In this document: piece after piece, positions 47,358 through 56,980 of the stretch
How positions within the stretch are numbered: the stretch's first letter is position 1
Layout: every line of letters starts with the position of its first letter
Assembly: GCA_964437515.1 (NCBI GenBank)
Contig: CAYTHB010000005.1
Location: forward strand, 3,814-67,813
DNA length: 64,000 bases
Reading direction: 5' to 3'
Source of the DNA: an uncultured Sterolibacterium sp.
GTDB lineage: Bacteria; Pseudomonadota; Gammaproteobacteria; Burkholderiales; Rhodocyclaceae
The notes under the pieces: model-generated
The model's input: the letters and a program-made list of their open reading frames with translations, nothing else
The model's database searches: none
What the model was told of the DNA's origin: nothing
Made by a program: the position numbers and the translations under genes

Positions 47358-48581
47358 TTAACGGGCGTGACGCAGATGCACTGCGTGCCCGAGGTTCTGC
47401 GCAACGATGGCATTGACACGCTCGTCAGCCGCCTTACCTAGATCGTCATACACCGTCGTACTGGCAACGGGCGCATCCGGACGTGTAGCCGCCAGCGTCG
47501 AACCCGAGCTGTCATGCGTATCCACCGTCACCTCCATAGACAACCCCACGCGCAAGGGATGTTCGGCAAGTTCCTTCGCATCCAGCGCGATACGCACCGG
47601 CACGCGTTGAACGATCTTGATCCAGTTGCCGGTGGCATTTTGCGCGGGCAAAAGTGAGAACACCGAGCCCGTACCCGCGCCCAGCCCCACCACCTTGCCG
47701 TGATAATCGACACGGCTGCCATACACATCGGCGGTCAGCGTTGCCGACTGGCCGATCCGCAGATCGCGCAGTTGCGCCTCCTTGAAATTGGCATCGACCC
47801 AGAGTTGATCGAGCGAGACGATCGCCATGATCGGCGTACCGCCAGCGATACGCTGCCCGACCTGCACGCTACGCCGCGCCACCGTTCCCGAGACAGGCGC
47901 GACAATCGCCATACGTTTTTCGTTGAGCCATGCCTCGCGATACTGCGCGGCAGCAGCCAGCACACGGGGATGGGTTTCCACCCGTGTACCTTCTGTCTGC
48001 GTGGCATTTTTCGTCTGCTGCTCCTGCGCTTCGCTCAAAGCGGCCTGCGCTGCGGCATGGGCAGCGCGCATATTGGCCAGCGTGCTCTTGAGATGTTGCA
48101 CTTCTTCAACAGCAACAGCACCACTGGCTTCCAGCCCCGCACGCCGCGCCAGATCGGAATCGAGACGTTTCAATTCGGTTTCGCTACGCAGCAAATCGGC
48201 CTTGCGCGCCTCAACCAGCGCGGCCAGTCCTTTATCCGCAACAAACAGGGCACGCACTTCGCGCACCGTCTGTGCCAGTTTGGCTTCGCTCTGGTCGAGT
48301 GCCAGTTGCGTATCTTGTGGGTCAAGACGCACGAGGGGCTGCCCTGCCTGCACAGTATCGGTGTCATTAACGTTGATCGCCAGCACCGTGCCGCCGACTT
48401 GCGGGGTCACTTGAACGATATTGCTCTGCACATAAGCGTTATCGGTGAAGATGTTGTAACGCGCAAAGAAAAACCAATATGCACTGTAGCCGATGGCAAT
48501 GATCAGACAGAGCAGCACGAAAAGCAGCAACCGTCGCTGGCGCGGATTTTCTTGTGGGGTAGAGGTGGGCGTGGAAGACAT
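47358..48581 (-). CDS. emrA: HlyD/EmrA-family membrane fusion protein
   Basis: 407 aa. N-terminal TM, long coiled coil, lipoyl and beta-barrel segments (TDNAYVQSNIVQVTPQVGG...). Confidence 0.85.
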   Translation of the reverse strand: MSSTPTSTPQENPRQRRLLLFVLLCLIIAIGYSAYWFFFARYNIFTDNAYVQSNIVQVTPQVGGTVLAINVNDTDTVQAGQPLVRLDPQDTQLALDQSEAKLAQTVREVRALFVADKGLAALVEARKADLLRSETELKRLDSDLARRAGLEASGAVAVEEVQHLKSTLANMRAAHAAAQAALSEAQEQQTKNATQTEGTRVETHPRVLAAAAQYREAWLNEKRMAIVAPVSGTVARRSVQVGQRIAGGTPIMAIVSLDQLWVDANFKEAQLRDLRIGQSATLTADVYGSRVDYHGKVVGLGAGTGSVFSLLPAQNATGNWIKIVQRVPVRIALDAKELAEHPLRVGLSMEVTVDTHDSSGSTLAATRPDAPVASTTVYDDLGKAADERVNAIVAQNLGHAVHLRHAR

Positions 48582-48617
48582 GAAAGTTCCCGTAAAAAAA
48601 CAGTCAGCGATGGAAGG

Positions 48618-50108
48618 TCATGGCGTGGGTGACGAGGGTGATGCAGGTGACGTGCTTTCGTAACCGCCCCCCAGCGCGCGGATCAACTGGATGCGCCCCA
48701 TCAAGCCACGCACCTGTAAGTCTGTCATCAGGCGTTGCTGCTGAATGACAGCACTTTCTGCACGCAAGACCGGTAGGCGACCGGTCAGACCCGATTGATA
48801 ACGCTGTTGTGCGAGCTCGAAAGTATGTTGCACCCGCGTCAGGGCGAATTGCTGATGTTCGCCTTGTGTCTGCAAGGCCTGCAAGCTTGCCTGCTGATCC
48901 GCTACATCGCGCAAGGCTTGCAGCAAGGTGGCGTTATAGCTGGAAATGGCTGCGTCCGTATCCGCGGTTTGTGCCTGATAGTGTGCACGCAAACGCCCGG
49001 CATCGAATAGGGGCAAATTCAAGGCCAGCCCCAAACCGGGTTGGCGATTACCTGCATTCAGCCAGTGATCGAGGCTGCCGATGGAGGAGTACCCCACGAA
49101 GGCGCGCAGATTGATATCGGGATAAAACAGGGCACGAGCAGCCTCCAGCCCTTGCAGCGCAGCTTCAACGCGCCAGCGCGCCGCCACGATATCCGCCCGA
49201 CGACCCACGAGCTGTGCAGGGAGTTGTTCCGGCAGAAGGGCGGGAGATGTTTTCAGTGGCAAGGGTAATTGAGGCAGCAGCGTATCCAGGGCTTGCGGGG
49301 CTTGCCCGCTCAAGCTCGCCAGGCTGTGCCGTACAAGCATCATCTGCCCATCGAGTGCTGCCCGATCACGCTGCACTTCGGCAAGCTGTCCTTGCGCGGC
49401 TTCCCATTCACTGCGCGCATCCAGACCGGCCTTGTAGCGATCCGCCAATAATTGCTGCCCGGCTTCGCGCACACCCTGTTCACGTTGTAGCAAAGCACCT
49501 TGCGTCACCAGACGCGCCAGTTCGAAATAGCCTTGTGCAACCTGACTCGCCAGCAATCGTCGTGCCGCCTGTTGCTCGGCCTCAGCCGCGCGTGCCACGC
49601 CCAATGCTGCTCTGAAAGTCGCGCGGTTCTTGCCAAAAAAATCCAGCTCCCAGGCCGCGCCGAAACGACCTTCGTTGATATTTTGCGTCGTCCCCGCCAA
49701 TGGAGGAGGGAACTGCCCGTGTTCGCTCAGACGCATCCGCGTCAATTCTGTCGATAAACCCAGTTGCGGCCACAATGTGCTCTCCGCTCCCTGTGCCATC
49801 GCAGCTGCCTGCCTGACCCGTGCAGCCACCCCCTGCAAATCGGGATTGCCTGCCAATGCCTGCTGGATGAGGGCATCCAGTGCAGGATCGTCATACGCAC
49901 GCCACCAATCCTCATGCGGCCAAGCGTTCGTCGACGGGGTCTGTGCAGATGCTGCACCCTGTAACTGGTCGGTCGTCAGCAACTGCCCCTCGGGATGCAA
50001 TCCCGCATAGCTCGCGCAACCCGCCAGCAAAAATAGACTGAAGCTGAGGCTGAGATTGAGACTACCCGCGACACAGACACGGCGGACTTGAGTGGCGATG
50101 CTGACCAT
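48618..50108 (-). CDS. Outer-membrane efflux lipoprotein (NodT/OprM family)
   Basis: Start at MVSIATQV with lipobox LLAGC. Two OEP repeats. First gene of the OMF-emrA-emrB operon. ORF codons upstream run through the 10-bp tandem repeat and are not credible. Confidence 0.85.
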   Translation of the reverse strand: MVSIATQVRRVCVAGSLNLSLSFSLFLLAGCASYAGLHPEGQLLTTDQLQGAASAQTPSTNAWPHEDWWRAYDDPALDALIQQALAGNPDLQGVAARVRQAAAMAQGAESTLWPQLGLSTELTRMRLSEHGQFPPPLAGTTQNINEGRFGAAWELDFFGKNRATFRAALGVARAAEAEQQAARRLLASQVAQGYFELARLVTQGALLQREQGVREAGQQLLADRYKAGLDARSEWEAAQGQLAEVQRDRAALDGQMMLVRHSLASLSGQAPQALDTLLPQLPLPLKTSPALLPEQLPAQLVGRRADIVAARWRVEAALQGLEAARALFYPDINLRAFVGYSSIGSLDHWLNAGNRQPGLGLALNLPLFDAGRLRAHYQAQTADTDAAISSYNATLLQALRDVADQQASLQALQTQGEHQQFALTRVQHTFELAQQRYQSGLTGRLPVLRAESAVIQQQRLMTDLQVRGLMGRIQLIRALGGGYESTSPASPSSPTP

Positions 50109-50245
50109 ATGAATCACTCGCAGTTCAAAAAGAACGAGAGGGAATAAAACGCTCATTTTAATTGATGAAGATGCATTGCAGCAGACAGGATTGTTGCGTA
50201 TGTCATGCGGATTGGTGCGGGATTTCTCTGTTTTTGAAGCCAAGC

Positions 50246-50285
50246 GTGATTGAGTGTGATTGAGTGTGATTGAGTGTGATTGAGC
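50246..50285. repeat. 10-bp tandem repeat GTGATTGAGT x4
   Basis: Four contiguous units (last ends GC) in the divergent OMF / aroK intergenic region. Confidence 0.9.
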
Positions 50286-50383
50286 AAACCAAGCCCGTGA
50301 TTGTCGTTGCACGTTACAATAATGAAGTGAATAAAAATGCTCTCTATCCCGCGCCGACCCTGTCTGATGTCGATACAGGCAAG

Positions 50384-50926
50384 ATGACCGAACCTGGCAT
50401 TCTCGTCGGTCGCAATCTGTATCTCGTTGGCCTTATGGGTGCCGGTAAAACCACCGTTGGTCGCCAGTTGGCCAAGCGACTGGGGCGGCGTTTTGTCGAT
50501 TCCGATCATGAAATCGAAGCACGCACCGGTGTGCGGATTCCTACCATCTTTGAAATCGAAGGCGAAGCGGGGTTTCGCCAACGCGAAACGCAGGTCATCG
50601 CAGAACTGGCTTGCGAACAGGGGCTGGTGGTCGCCACCGGCGGTGGGGCAGTGCTGAAACCCGAAAATCGAACCTATCTTCGCCAAAGCGGATGTGTGGT
50701 GTATCTGTGCGTCCCGCCCTTGCAGCTCTATGAGCGCACCCGCCACGACCACAATCGTCCACTGCTCAAAGTCGCTGACCCCTTGGCGCGGCTGCGTGAG
50801 CTTTATGAGCAACGCGATCCGCTCTACCGTGAGGTGGCAGATATCGTCGCCGAAAGCACGGGGGGCGGCTCGCATCATATGGTCAAACTGATCGAACACG
50901 AGGTACGCAACCGATGCACAGCCTGA
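50384..50926 (+). CDS. aroK: Shikimate kinase
   Basis: Start at [30 protein letters not shown] (Walker A). Overlaps aroB start. Confidence 0.9.
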   Translation: MTEPGILVGRNLYLVGLMGAGKTTVGRQLAKRLGRRFVDSDHEIEARTGVRIPTIFEIEGEAGFRQRETQVIAELACEQGLVVATGGGAVLKPENRTYLRQSGCVVYLCVPPLQLYERTRHDHNRPLLKVADPLARLRELYEQRDPLYREVADIVAESTGGGSHHMVKLIEHEVRNRCTA

Positions 50927-52005
50927 CCGTAAGTTTAGGCGCGCGCGCCTATCCCATCCACATCGGCAACACGTTGCTGGCTCAAACAGAGCTATTGTTG
51001 CCGCACCTGAAAACCCCGCGCGCCGCCATCGTCAGTAATACCACCGTCGCACCGCTGTATCTGGAAAAACTCGCCACACCGCTGCGCGCGGCGGGCGTGC
51101 AGATTACCGAAATCGTGCTGCCCGATGGCGAGGCGTATAAAAACTGGGAAACACTGAATACGATCTTCGATACGCTGCTGGCCGAACGTTGCGACCGCAG
51201 CACGACCCTGATTGCGCTGGGCGGTGGGGTCATCGGCGATTTGTGCGGTTTTGCCGCCGCCAGCTATCAGCGCGGTGTGCCCTTCATTCAGGTGCCGACC
51301 ACCTTGTTGGCGCAGGTCGATTCTTCCGTCGGTGGCAAAACGGGCATCAATCATCCGCGTGGCAAGAACATGATCGGTGCATTCTGGCAGCCGCAACTAG
51401 TACTCGCTGACACGGGCACGCTGCAAACCCTACCCGAACGCGAATTTTCGGCAGGGCTGGCGGAAGTCATCAAATATGGTTTGATTCGTGACCTAGCATT
51501 TCTGGAATGGCTGGAAGCCCACATGGACGCGCTGATGGCGCGGGATGGCGCGGCACTGGCGTATGCCATCGAGCGTTCCTGCCAGAACAAGGCCGACGTC
51601 GTGGCGGCTGATGAATTTGAAACTGCGAAAGAGGGTGGGCGCGCGCTGCTGAATCTGGGACACACTTTTGGCCACGCCATCGAAACCGGCATGGGCTATG
51701 GCGAGTGGCTGCATGGTGAAGCGGTGGCGGCGGGCACGTTGATGGCAGCGGAGCTATCGCGCCGCTTGGGTTGGCTGACGGCTGCCGATATCAAGCGCAT
51801 TCGTCATCTGTTTGAGCGTGCGAAACTGCCGGTGCGCGGTGCAGCATTGGGGGCAGAACGCTATCTGGACTTGATGGGACATGACAAAAAAGTCATCGCC
51901 GGCAAATTGCGCTTGGTGTTGTTGAAACAATTGGGTGAGGCGATCACCTGGGGCGAAGCCCCCCGCACTGAAATCATTGCTGCCATCGAGGCCTGCTGTG
52001 AGTGA
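50914..52005 (+). CDS. aroB: 3-dehydroquinate synthase
   Basis: 363 aa. [39 protein letters not shown]. Confidence 0.93.
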   Translation: MHSLTVSLGARAYPIHIGNTLLAQTELLLPHLKTPRAAIVSNTTVAPLYLEKLATPLRAAGVQITEIVLPDGEAYKNWETLNTIFDTLLAERCDRSTTLIALGGGVIGDLCGFAAASYQRGVPFIQVPTTLLAQVDSSVGGKTGINHPRGKNMIGAFWQPQLVLADTGTLQTLPEREFSAGLAEVIKYGLIRDLAFLEWLEAHMDALMARDGAALAYAIERSCQNKADVVAADEFETAKEGGRALLNLGHTFGHAIETGMGYGEWLHGEAVAAGTLMAAELSRRLGWLTAADIKRIRHLFERAKLPVRGAALGAERYLDLMGHDKKVIAGKLRLVLLKQLGEAITWGEAPRTEIIAAIEACCE

Positions 52006-52006
52006 A

Positions 52007-53128
52007 ATGAATCTCGCCTCCTATGCCGTCAATACCGCGAATTCGCGGGGACGGCAATATCCCGAAGCGGCTCCCAACGAACGCAGCGAATTCCAGCGCG
52101 ATCGTGACCGTATCGTCCATTCCACGGCCTTTCGCCGGCTGGAATACAAAACACAGGTTTTCGTCAATCACGAAGGCGACCTGTTTCGCACACGGCTCAC
52201 GCACAGTCTCGAAGTCGCGCAAATCGCCCGGGGCATTGCACGCGCCTTGCGGGTGAACGAAGACCTCGTCGAAGCCATCGCATTGGCGCACGATCTGGGG
52301 CACACCCCCTTCGGCCATGCGGGGCAGGACGCGCTCAATGAATGTATGAGCGGAGAATATGGCGGCTTTGAACACAATCTGCAAAGCCTGCGCATCATCG
52401 ATGTGCTGGAAGAAAATTACGCGGCTTTCAATGGACTCAATCTATGCTTCGAGACGCGCGAAGGCATCCTCAAGCATTGTCCTCCCGCCAAGGCGCGCGC
52501 TCTCGGTGAAGTGGCACGCCGTTTTCTGGAAGATCGTCGCCCCTCGCTGGAAGCGCAAATCTGCAATCTGGCGGATGCCATCGCCTACAACAACCATGAT
52601 ATCGACGACGGCCTGCGTTCCGGCTTGCTGACGCTCGAACAACTCGATGAAGTGTCCGCCTTTGCCATTCACGCCACCACGGTACGCAAGGAATATCCGG
52701 GCATCGTCGGTCGCCGCTTCATTCACGAAACCGTGCGGCGCATGATTAACGCGCAAGTCGTCGATCTGATCTCAACGACCCGCGCCAATCTTCAGCAATA
52801 CGTCCCTCAAACATTGGCGGACATCCAAGCAGCTCCTCTGCTGGTAGCCTTCAGCCCGGACATGCATGAGCGACAAAAAGGGCTCAAGGCCTTCTTGCGC
52901 GAACATCTGTATCGCCACTATCAAGTGCTGCGAATGACGCACAAGGCACGGCGCATCATTGGCGATTTGTTTGGGGTTTTCATGGAAAATCCCCATCTGC
53001 TGCCCCCACAATATCAGCAGATGGCCACCGCCGATCATGCGCGTGCTGTTGCAGATTACATCGCCGGCATGACCGATCGTTACGCCATCCGCGAGCATCG
53101 ACGCTTGTTTGCCGTGGGCGAAATCTGA
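52007..53128 (+). CDS. dgt: dGTPase-like HD-domain triphosphohydrolase
   Basis: Start at MNLASYAV, 1 nt after the aroB stop. [39 protein letters not shown]. Confidence 0.85.
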   Translation: MNLASYAVNTANSRGRQYPEAAPNERSEFQRDRDRIVHSTAFRRLEYKTQVFVNHEGDLFRTRLTHSLEVAQIARGIARALRVNEDLVEAIALAHDLGHTPFGHAGQDALNECMSGEYGGFEHNLQSLRIIDVLEENYAAFNGLNLCFETREGILKHCPPAKARALGEVARRFLEDRRPSLEAQICNLADAIAYNNHDIDDGLRSGLLTLEQLDEVSAFAIHATTVRKEYPGIVGRRFIHETVRRMINAQVVDLISTTRANLQQYVPQTLADIQAAPLLVAFSPDMHERQKGLKAFLREHLYRHYQVLRMTHKARRIIGDLFGVFMENPHLLPPQYQQMATADHARAVADYIAGMTDRYAIREHRRLFAVGEI

Positions 53129-53166
53129 AAACTGAAAAACCAATCGTTTTTCGTATATTTCTCGCA

Positions 53167-53622
53167 TCACACGGCGGTATCAATCATCAAGCCTTGTTCC
53201 AACTGATGACGAATCACGTCGGGCAAGGGCTCGGCACCTGCATTCGTCACATGCACAGTGACCACATTGGCCAGACACACACATCGCCCCGCTTGAAACA
53301 ATGCCATGGCGACTTCAAACGAAGCGTTGCCGATGTGAACCACGCCTGCGCAGGCTTCCAATGACTGTGGGTAATAGGCTTCATGCAGGTAATCGTAAGT
53401 CGTGCGTACCGGCAACAAGCGGTAATCCCGTTTGCGAAACAGAAAATCCTCACCAAACAGCCTCATGAAGAAGCGCGTGCGTGCTTCCTCGTGAAATTCC
53501 GCCAAAGCCAGGTTATTGAGATGCCGGAGGATATCCATATCGGCAAAACGCGGCGTCACCGGCATGGAAAATGGATAACGGCTTGCGTTAAGCAACTGGG
53601 GGGCGGGTTTTGTACGGGACAT
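53167..53622 (-). CDS. Hotdog-fold acyl-CoA thioesterase (4HBT/YbgC-like)
   Basis: Start at second ATG after GGAGGA. RFADMDILRHLNNLALAEFHEEAR pattern typical of the 4HBT family. Confidence 0.65.
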   Translation of the reverse strand: MSRTKPAPQLLNASRYPFSMPVTPRFADMDILRHLNNLALAEFHEEARTRFFMRLFGEDFLFRKRDYRLLPVRTTYDYLHEAYYPQSLEACAGVVHIGNASFEVAMALFQAGRCVCLANVVTVHVTNAGAEPLPDVIRHQLEQGLMIDTAV

Positions 53623-53761
53623 CATCAATCCTCCGCCATTCAAACACCATATCGGGTAATTTCGCGGGTCATTTCAGCCAACTCCGTCTGGGCGAATAGC
53701 AAGGTTTCCAATAAAATCAACCGCTTTTGATTGCAGATGTGATTTTCTGAAAGGAGCAAAA

Positions 53762-54166
53762 ATGAGCATTGTCCTCTCTCGCCCCCGCTTGGGCAATCTG
53801 GCGCGGTGCTGGACGGTGGCCGGTATGATCGGTCTGGGTGCTTGTGTCGCGCTGACGACCACAGGCTGCTCGACGGCCGTGGGTCGGGATCTGGCCTCGC
53901 GCACCGACATCCTCAAGACCCTGCGCGAACAGGGCTATTTGTTCAATCAGCATGTGATTTCCACCGTGGCGGATAACGGCAACCCGAATCGTGTGCGGGT
54001 CACCGGTCAGCTCGCACTCAAGTCGCCGGATGAAAGCCATGTCAAGGGCGGTCTCAAGGTCACACAAATCCAGTATGTCGTTGTTGAAAATACGAACGGC
54101 GCATGGACGGTGGCGGAAGCCCCGGTTCTGGTACGTGACCAACTGACTTCCCGCCAACGCTGGTAA
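53762..54166 (+). CDS. Small lipoprotein, function unknown
   Basis: 134 aa. Lipobox ALTTTGC. Confidence 0.55.
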   Translation: MSIVLSRPRLGNLARCWTVAGMIGLGACVALTTTGCSTAVGRDLASRTDILKTLREQGYLFNQHVISTVADNGNPNRVRVTGQLALKSPDESHVKGGLKVTQIQYVVVENTNGAWTVAEAPVLVRDQLTSRQRW

Positions 54167-54202
54167 TCAGCGCTTGATTCTCTCATTTCTGGACGGAACA
54201 CT

Positions 54203-55213
54203 ATGAACACTACCTCCTCTCTCCAGCCGACCTACGGCTACACGCTGGAACAGGCCGAGCGTGGCCGCCGCGTTTTCTTTCTCTCACTGGTCGGTGCACT
54301 GGGCATTCCTCTGCTGCTCTTCGGTCTGCGTCTGGCGTATGGCCCCGAACAGATGCAGCTCTGGTGGGAATCCGCCAAGGTGGCACCGCAAACGCAACCG
54401 CAAGTCTTCACCAATGTGTGGATGACCTTTGTCGGTATCGGCATCGTCATCTGGCATTCCAGTGTGGTCAAAGGCTGGGCGCGTACCGTGGCCTGTATTG
54501 GTGTCGGTTTCACGATCGCCTGGTTCTTCGAATACCTCGGCACCAACTTTGATACAGGCGGCATCTTCGGTCCGTATCACTACAACGACACCTTGTTGCA
54601 AGGCCACTTCCTCGGTGTGCCTTGGGTGGTGGCCATGGGTTGGGAATCCTTCGCCTATCCGGCGTTCTACATGGTGCTCTACCTGCTGCCCAGCGAGCAG
54701 ATGGGCGCGGAAACCTCGTGGATGAAGCGACTCATCAACATCTCCCTGATTTCGACGCTCGGTGGGCTGTTCTGCGTGGTGCTGGATTTCATCGTCGATC
54801 CGATCTCGGTCGAGGCAGGTAACTTCACTTGGCACGTGAATGGCGGTGTCTATCCGTGGCTTGAAGGCAGTGGTGAGCCGATCACCAACTTCCTCGGCTG
54901 GTGGATCTGCGGCTTCACCATGATGGTGGCTTGGGTGTTCATCCTCCAGACCACCCCGTCGAAACGCCATGTGCGCTCGAAGTATCTCGATATCTACATT
55001 CCGCTGGCACTCTATGCGACCTGGTTTACCAATTACATGTCGCAGGAAATATTGATGCAGCAGCGTGATGATGTCATTACCTTCGGCCTGTTTGGTCCCG
55101 GCGGTGTCATCCTCATCGTCCTGATCAAGGTATTGCTGGAGCGTCAGGGTTACCAGCCCAACCCCATTGGACATGACATGGCGCGATCCGCCATGCATCA
55201 GCAAATACGCTGA
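54203..55213 (+). CDS. Polytopic membrane protein, DUF422 (carotenoid-biosynthesis-protein family)-like
   Basis: 336 aa, multiple TM helices. GGIFGPYHYND...GVPWVVAMGW resembles the conserved core of that family. Assignment tentative. Confidence 0.5.
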   Translation: MNTTSSLQPTYGYTLEQAERGRRVFFLSLVGALGIPLLLFGLRLAYGPEQMQLWWESAKVAPQTQPQVFTNVWMTFVGIGIVIWHSSVVKGWARTVACIGVGFTIAWFFEYLGTNFDTGGIFGPYHYNDTLLQGHFLGVPWVVAMGWESFAYPAFYMVLYLLPSEQMGAETSWMKRLINISLISTLGGLFCVVLDFIVDPISVEAGNFTWHVNGGVYPWLEGSGEPITNFLGWWICGFTMMVAWVFILQTTPSKRHVRSKYLDIYIPLALYATWFTNYMSQEILMQQRDDVITFGLFGPGGVILIVLIKVLLERQGYQPNPIGHDMARSAMHQQIR

Positions 55214-55463
55214 ATACGCACTCCATACTTTCGGTGATGGGTGAGGGGTGACCTCCCCTCACCGAGAGCCAGCTCCCATCCTCCAAAACACGCAACGAAA
55301 TTTGTCACTGGACGATCAAAAGATCGTTAGAATCGATGTCCACCGTTTCAGACATGGCGCGTTAGTGACATGTCACCCCCGACAAAAAGATGGCGCAGCA
55401 TGACTGTAACGCCACGAAACTGGGGTTCGGTGATCATTTCATATTTGGAGAGGAGCAATTGTA

Positions 55464-56855
55464 ATGACGCGTTTCAAACATCTGAAAGTGCTGTTTTCAG
55501 TCGCTGCCATGCTGGGCGCCAGCGGTGCAGTTCATGCAAAATCAAGCCCGGATGAGCTTGCCAAATTGGGCAAGGAACTCACCTGTATGGGTGCTGAAAA
55601 AGCCGGCTCCGCCAGTGGTGTCGCCGAATATACGGGCAAGTGGGCAGGCGTTGCCCCCGGCATGACGGCAGAAATCGGCAAGCACCCGACCGATCCTTAC
55701 GCCAGCGAAAAAGCATTGTTTACCATCACCGCGCAAAATATGGCGCAGTACGGTGACAAGCTCTCCGAGGGTCAGAAGGCGATGTTCAAGAAATATCCCA
55801 CCTTCAAAATGCATGTCTATCCTTCGCATCGCGACTTCCGTTACGACGATTCGGTGTGCAAGGTTGTTGCCAAGAATGGTGCGGAAACCGAAATCGCCGC
55901 CGATGGCAAGAAGTTGAACAATTACTATATGGGGGCGATCCCCTTCCCCTTCCCGAAATCCGGTACGGAAGCTGTCTGGAACGGCATGTTCCCGACGCTG
56001 ACCAATGTTGAAGCGCGTGACGAAGATGCCGCCGTGGTCTATCCCAACGGCAACATCACTTGGGGTGAGCAGGAAATGCGCCAGTACTGCCGTCGCAATG
56101 ACCCCAAGCTGCGCGGTCAGAAGTCCGACGGTGCGGCCGTCTATGTACGTCTGGTCACCATCATGCCGGAACGCAACAAGGGTGAGGTCATCAAGACCAT
56201 CGACAACTTCACCCAGGAAGCCGATGCCCGTCTGGCCTGGCAGTACATCCCTGCGGTGCGTCGCGTACGTCAAGCACCGGGCTTCGGCTTCGACAGCCCG
56301 ATTCCTTCCACTTCGAACACCGTCGTGGTAGATGAAGTCCGCATGTACAACGGCTCAGCCGAGCGTTACAACTGGAAGCTGGTCGGCAAGAAGGAAATGT
56401 ACATTCCGTACAACAATTTCCGTCTCGAAGCCAAGGATGTCGGCGCCAACAAGTATGCCAATCTGCTCAAACCCCATCACGAAAATCCTGATTTCGTGCG
56501 CTGGGAATTGCACCGCGTCTATGTGCTGGAAGGCAAGCTGAAAGACGGCTACCGTCACCTGTATCCGACGCGTATCGTCTATGCCGACGAAGACACTTGG
56601 CTGTACGTCATGTCGGATATCTACGATGCCAAGGGCAGCTTGTGGCGTTATAACTGGGTCAATAACTTCTACGCACCCGGCCCCAAAGTGTTTGCTCAAG
56701 GCAGTGCCTTCTATCATGACCTGACCGCAGGCACTTACACCGCCTTCGATCTCATGCAAGGCAAATCCCAGTATCTCGTCGTCGATAAACCCGGTGCTGA
56801 CTACGGTAATGTCGATTTTTATTCCAACGACAACATGAAAGCCAGCGGGTACTGA
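55464..56855 (+). CDS. DUF1329 family protein, paralog 3 (orphan, no adjacent DUF1302)
   Basis: 463 aa. Signal peptide ...GAVHA. Gap-free alignment with paralog 1 with about 50 substitutions in about 440 mature residues (manual count). Confidence 0.82.
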   Translation: MTRFKHLKVLFSVAAMLGASGAVHAKSSPDELAKLGKELTCMGAEKAGSASGVAEYTGKWAGVAPGMTAEIGKHPTDPYASEKALFTITAQNMAQYGDKLSEGQKAMFKKYPTFKMHVYPSHRDFRYDDSVCKVVAKNGAETEIAADGKKLNNYYMGAIPFPFPKSGTEAVWNGMFPTLTNVEARDEDAAVVYPNGNITWGEQEMRQYCRRNDPKLRGQKSDGAAVYVRLVTIMPERNKGEVIKTIDNFTQEADARLAWQYIPAVRRVRQAPGFGFDSPIPSTSNTVVVDEVRMYNGSAERYNWKLVGKKEMYIPYNNFRLEAKDVGANKYANLLKPHHENPDFVRWELHRVYVLEGKLKDGYRHLYPTRIVYADEDTWLYVMSDIYDAKGSLWRYNWVNNFYAPGPKVFAQGSAFYHDLTAGTYTAFDLMQGKSQYLVVDKPGADYGNVDFYSNDNMKASGY

Positions 56856-56897
56856 TTGACGGATCTTGATTGATCTGCCGATCTCACGGCTGTCAGT

Positions 56898-56937
56898 AAA
56901 AACGCCCTGCATCTTCCGATGCAGGGCGTTTTCTTTG
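56898..56937. terminator. Bidirectional rho-independent terminator
   Basis: AAAAACGCCCTGCATC-TTCC-GATGCAGGGCGTTTTCTTT between convergent DUF1329 paralog 3 and the TonB-dependent receptor. Confidence 0.8.
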
Positions 56938-56945
56938 GGCTGGAG

Positions 56946-56973
56946 AGTGGAAAGTGGAAAGTGGAAAGTGGAG
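56946..56973. repeat. 7-bp tandem repeat AGTGGAA x4 (last unit AGTGGAG)
   Basis: Contiguous units between the terminator and the receptor stop codon (56981). Confidence 0.9.
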
Positions 56974-56980
56974 AGGAGGA

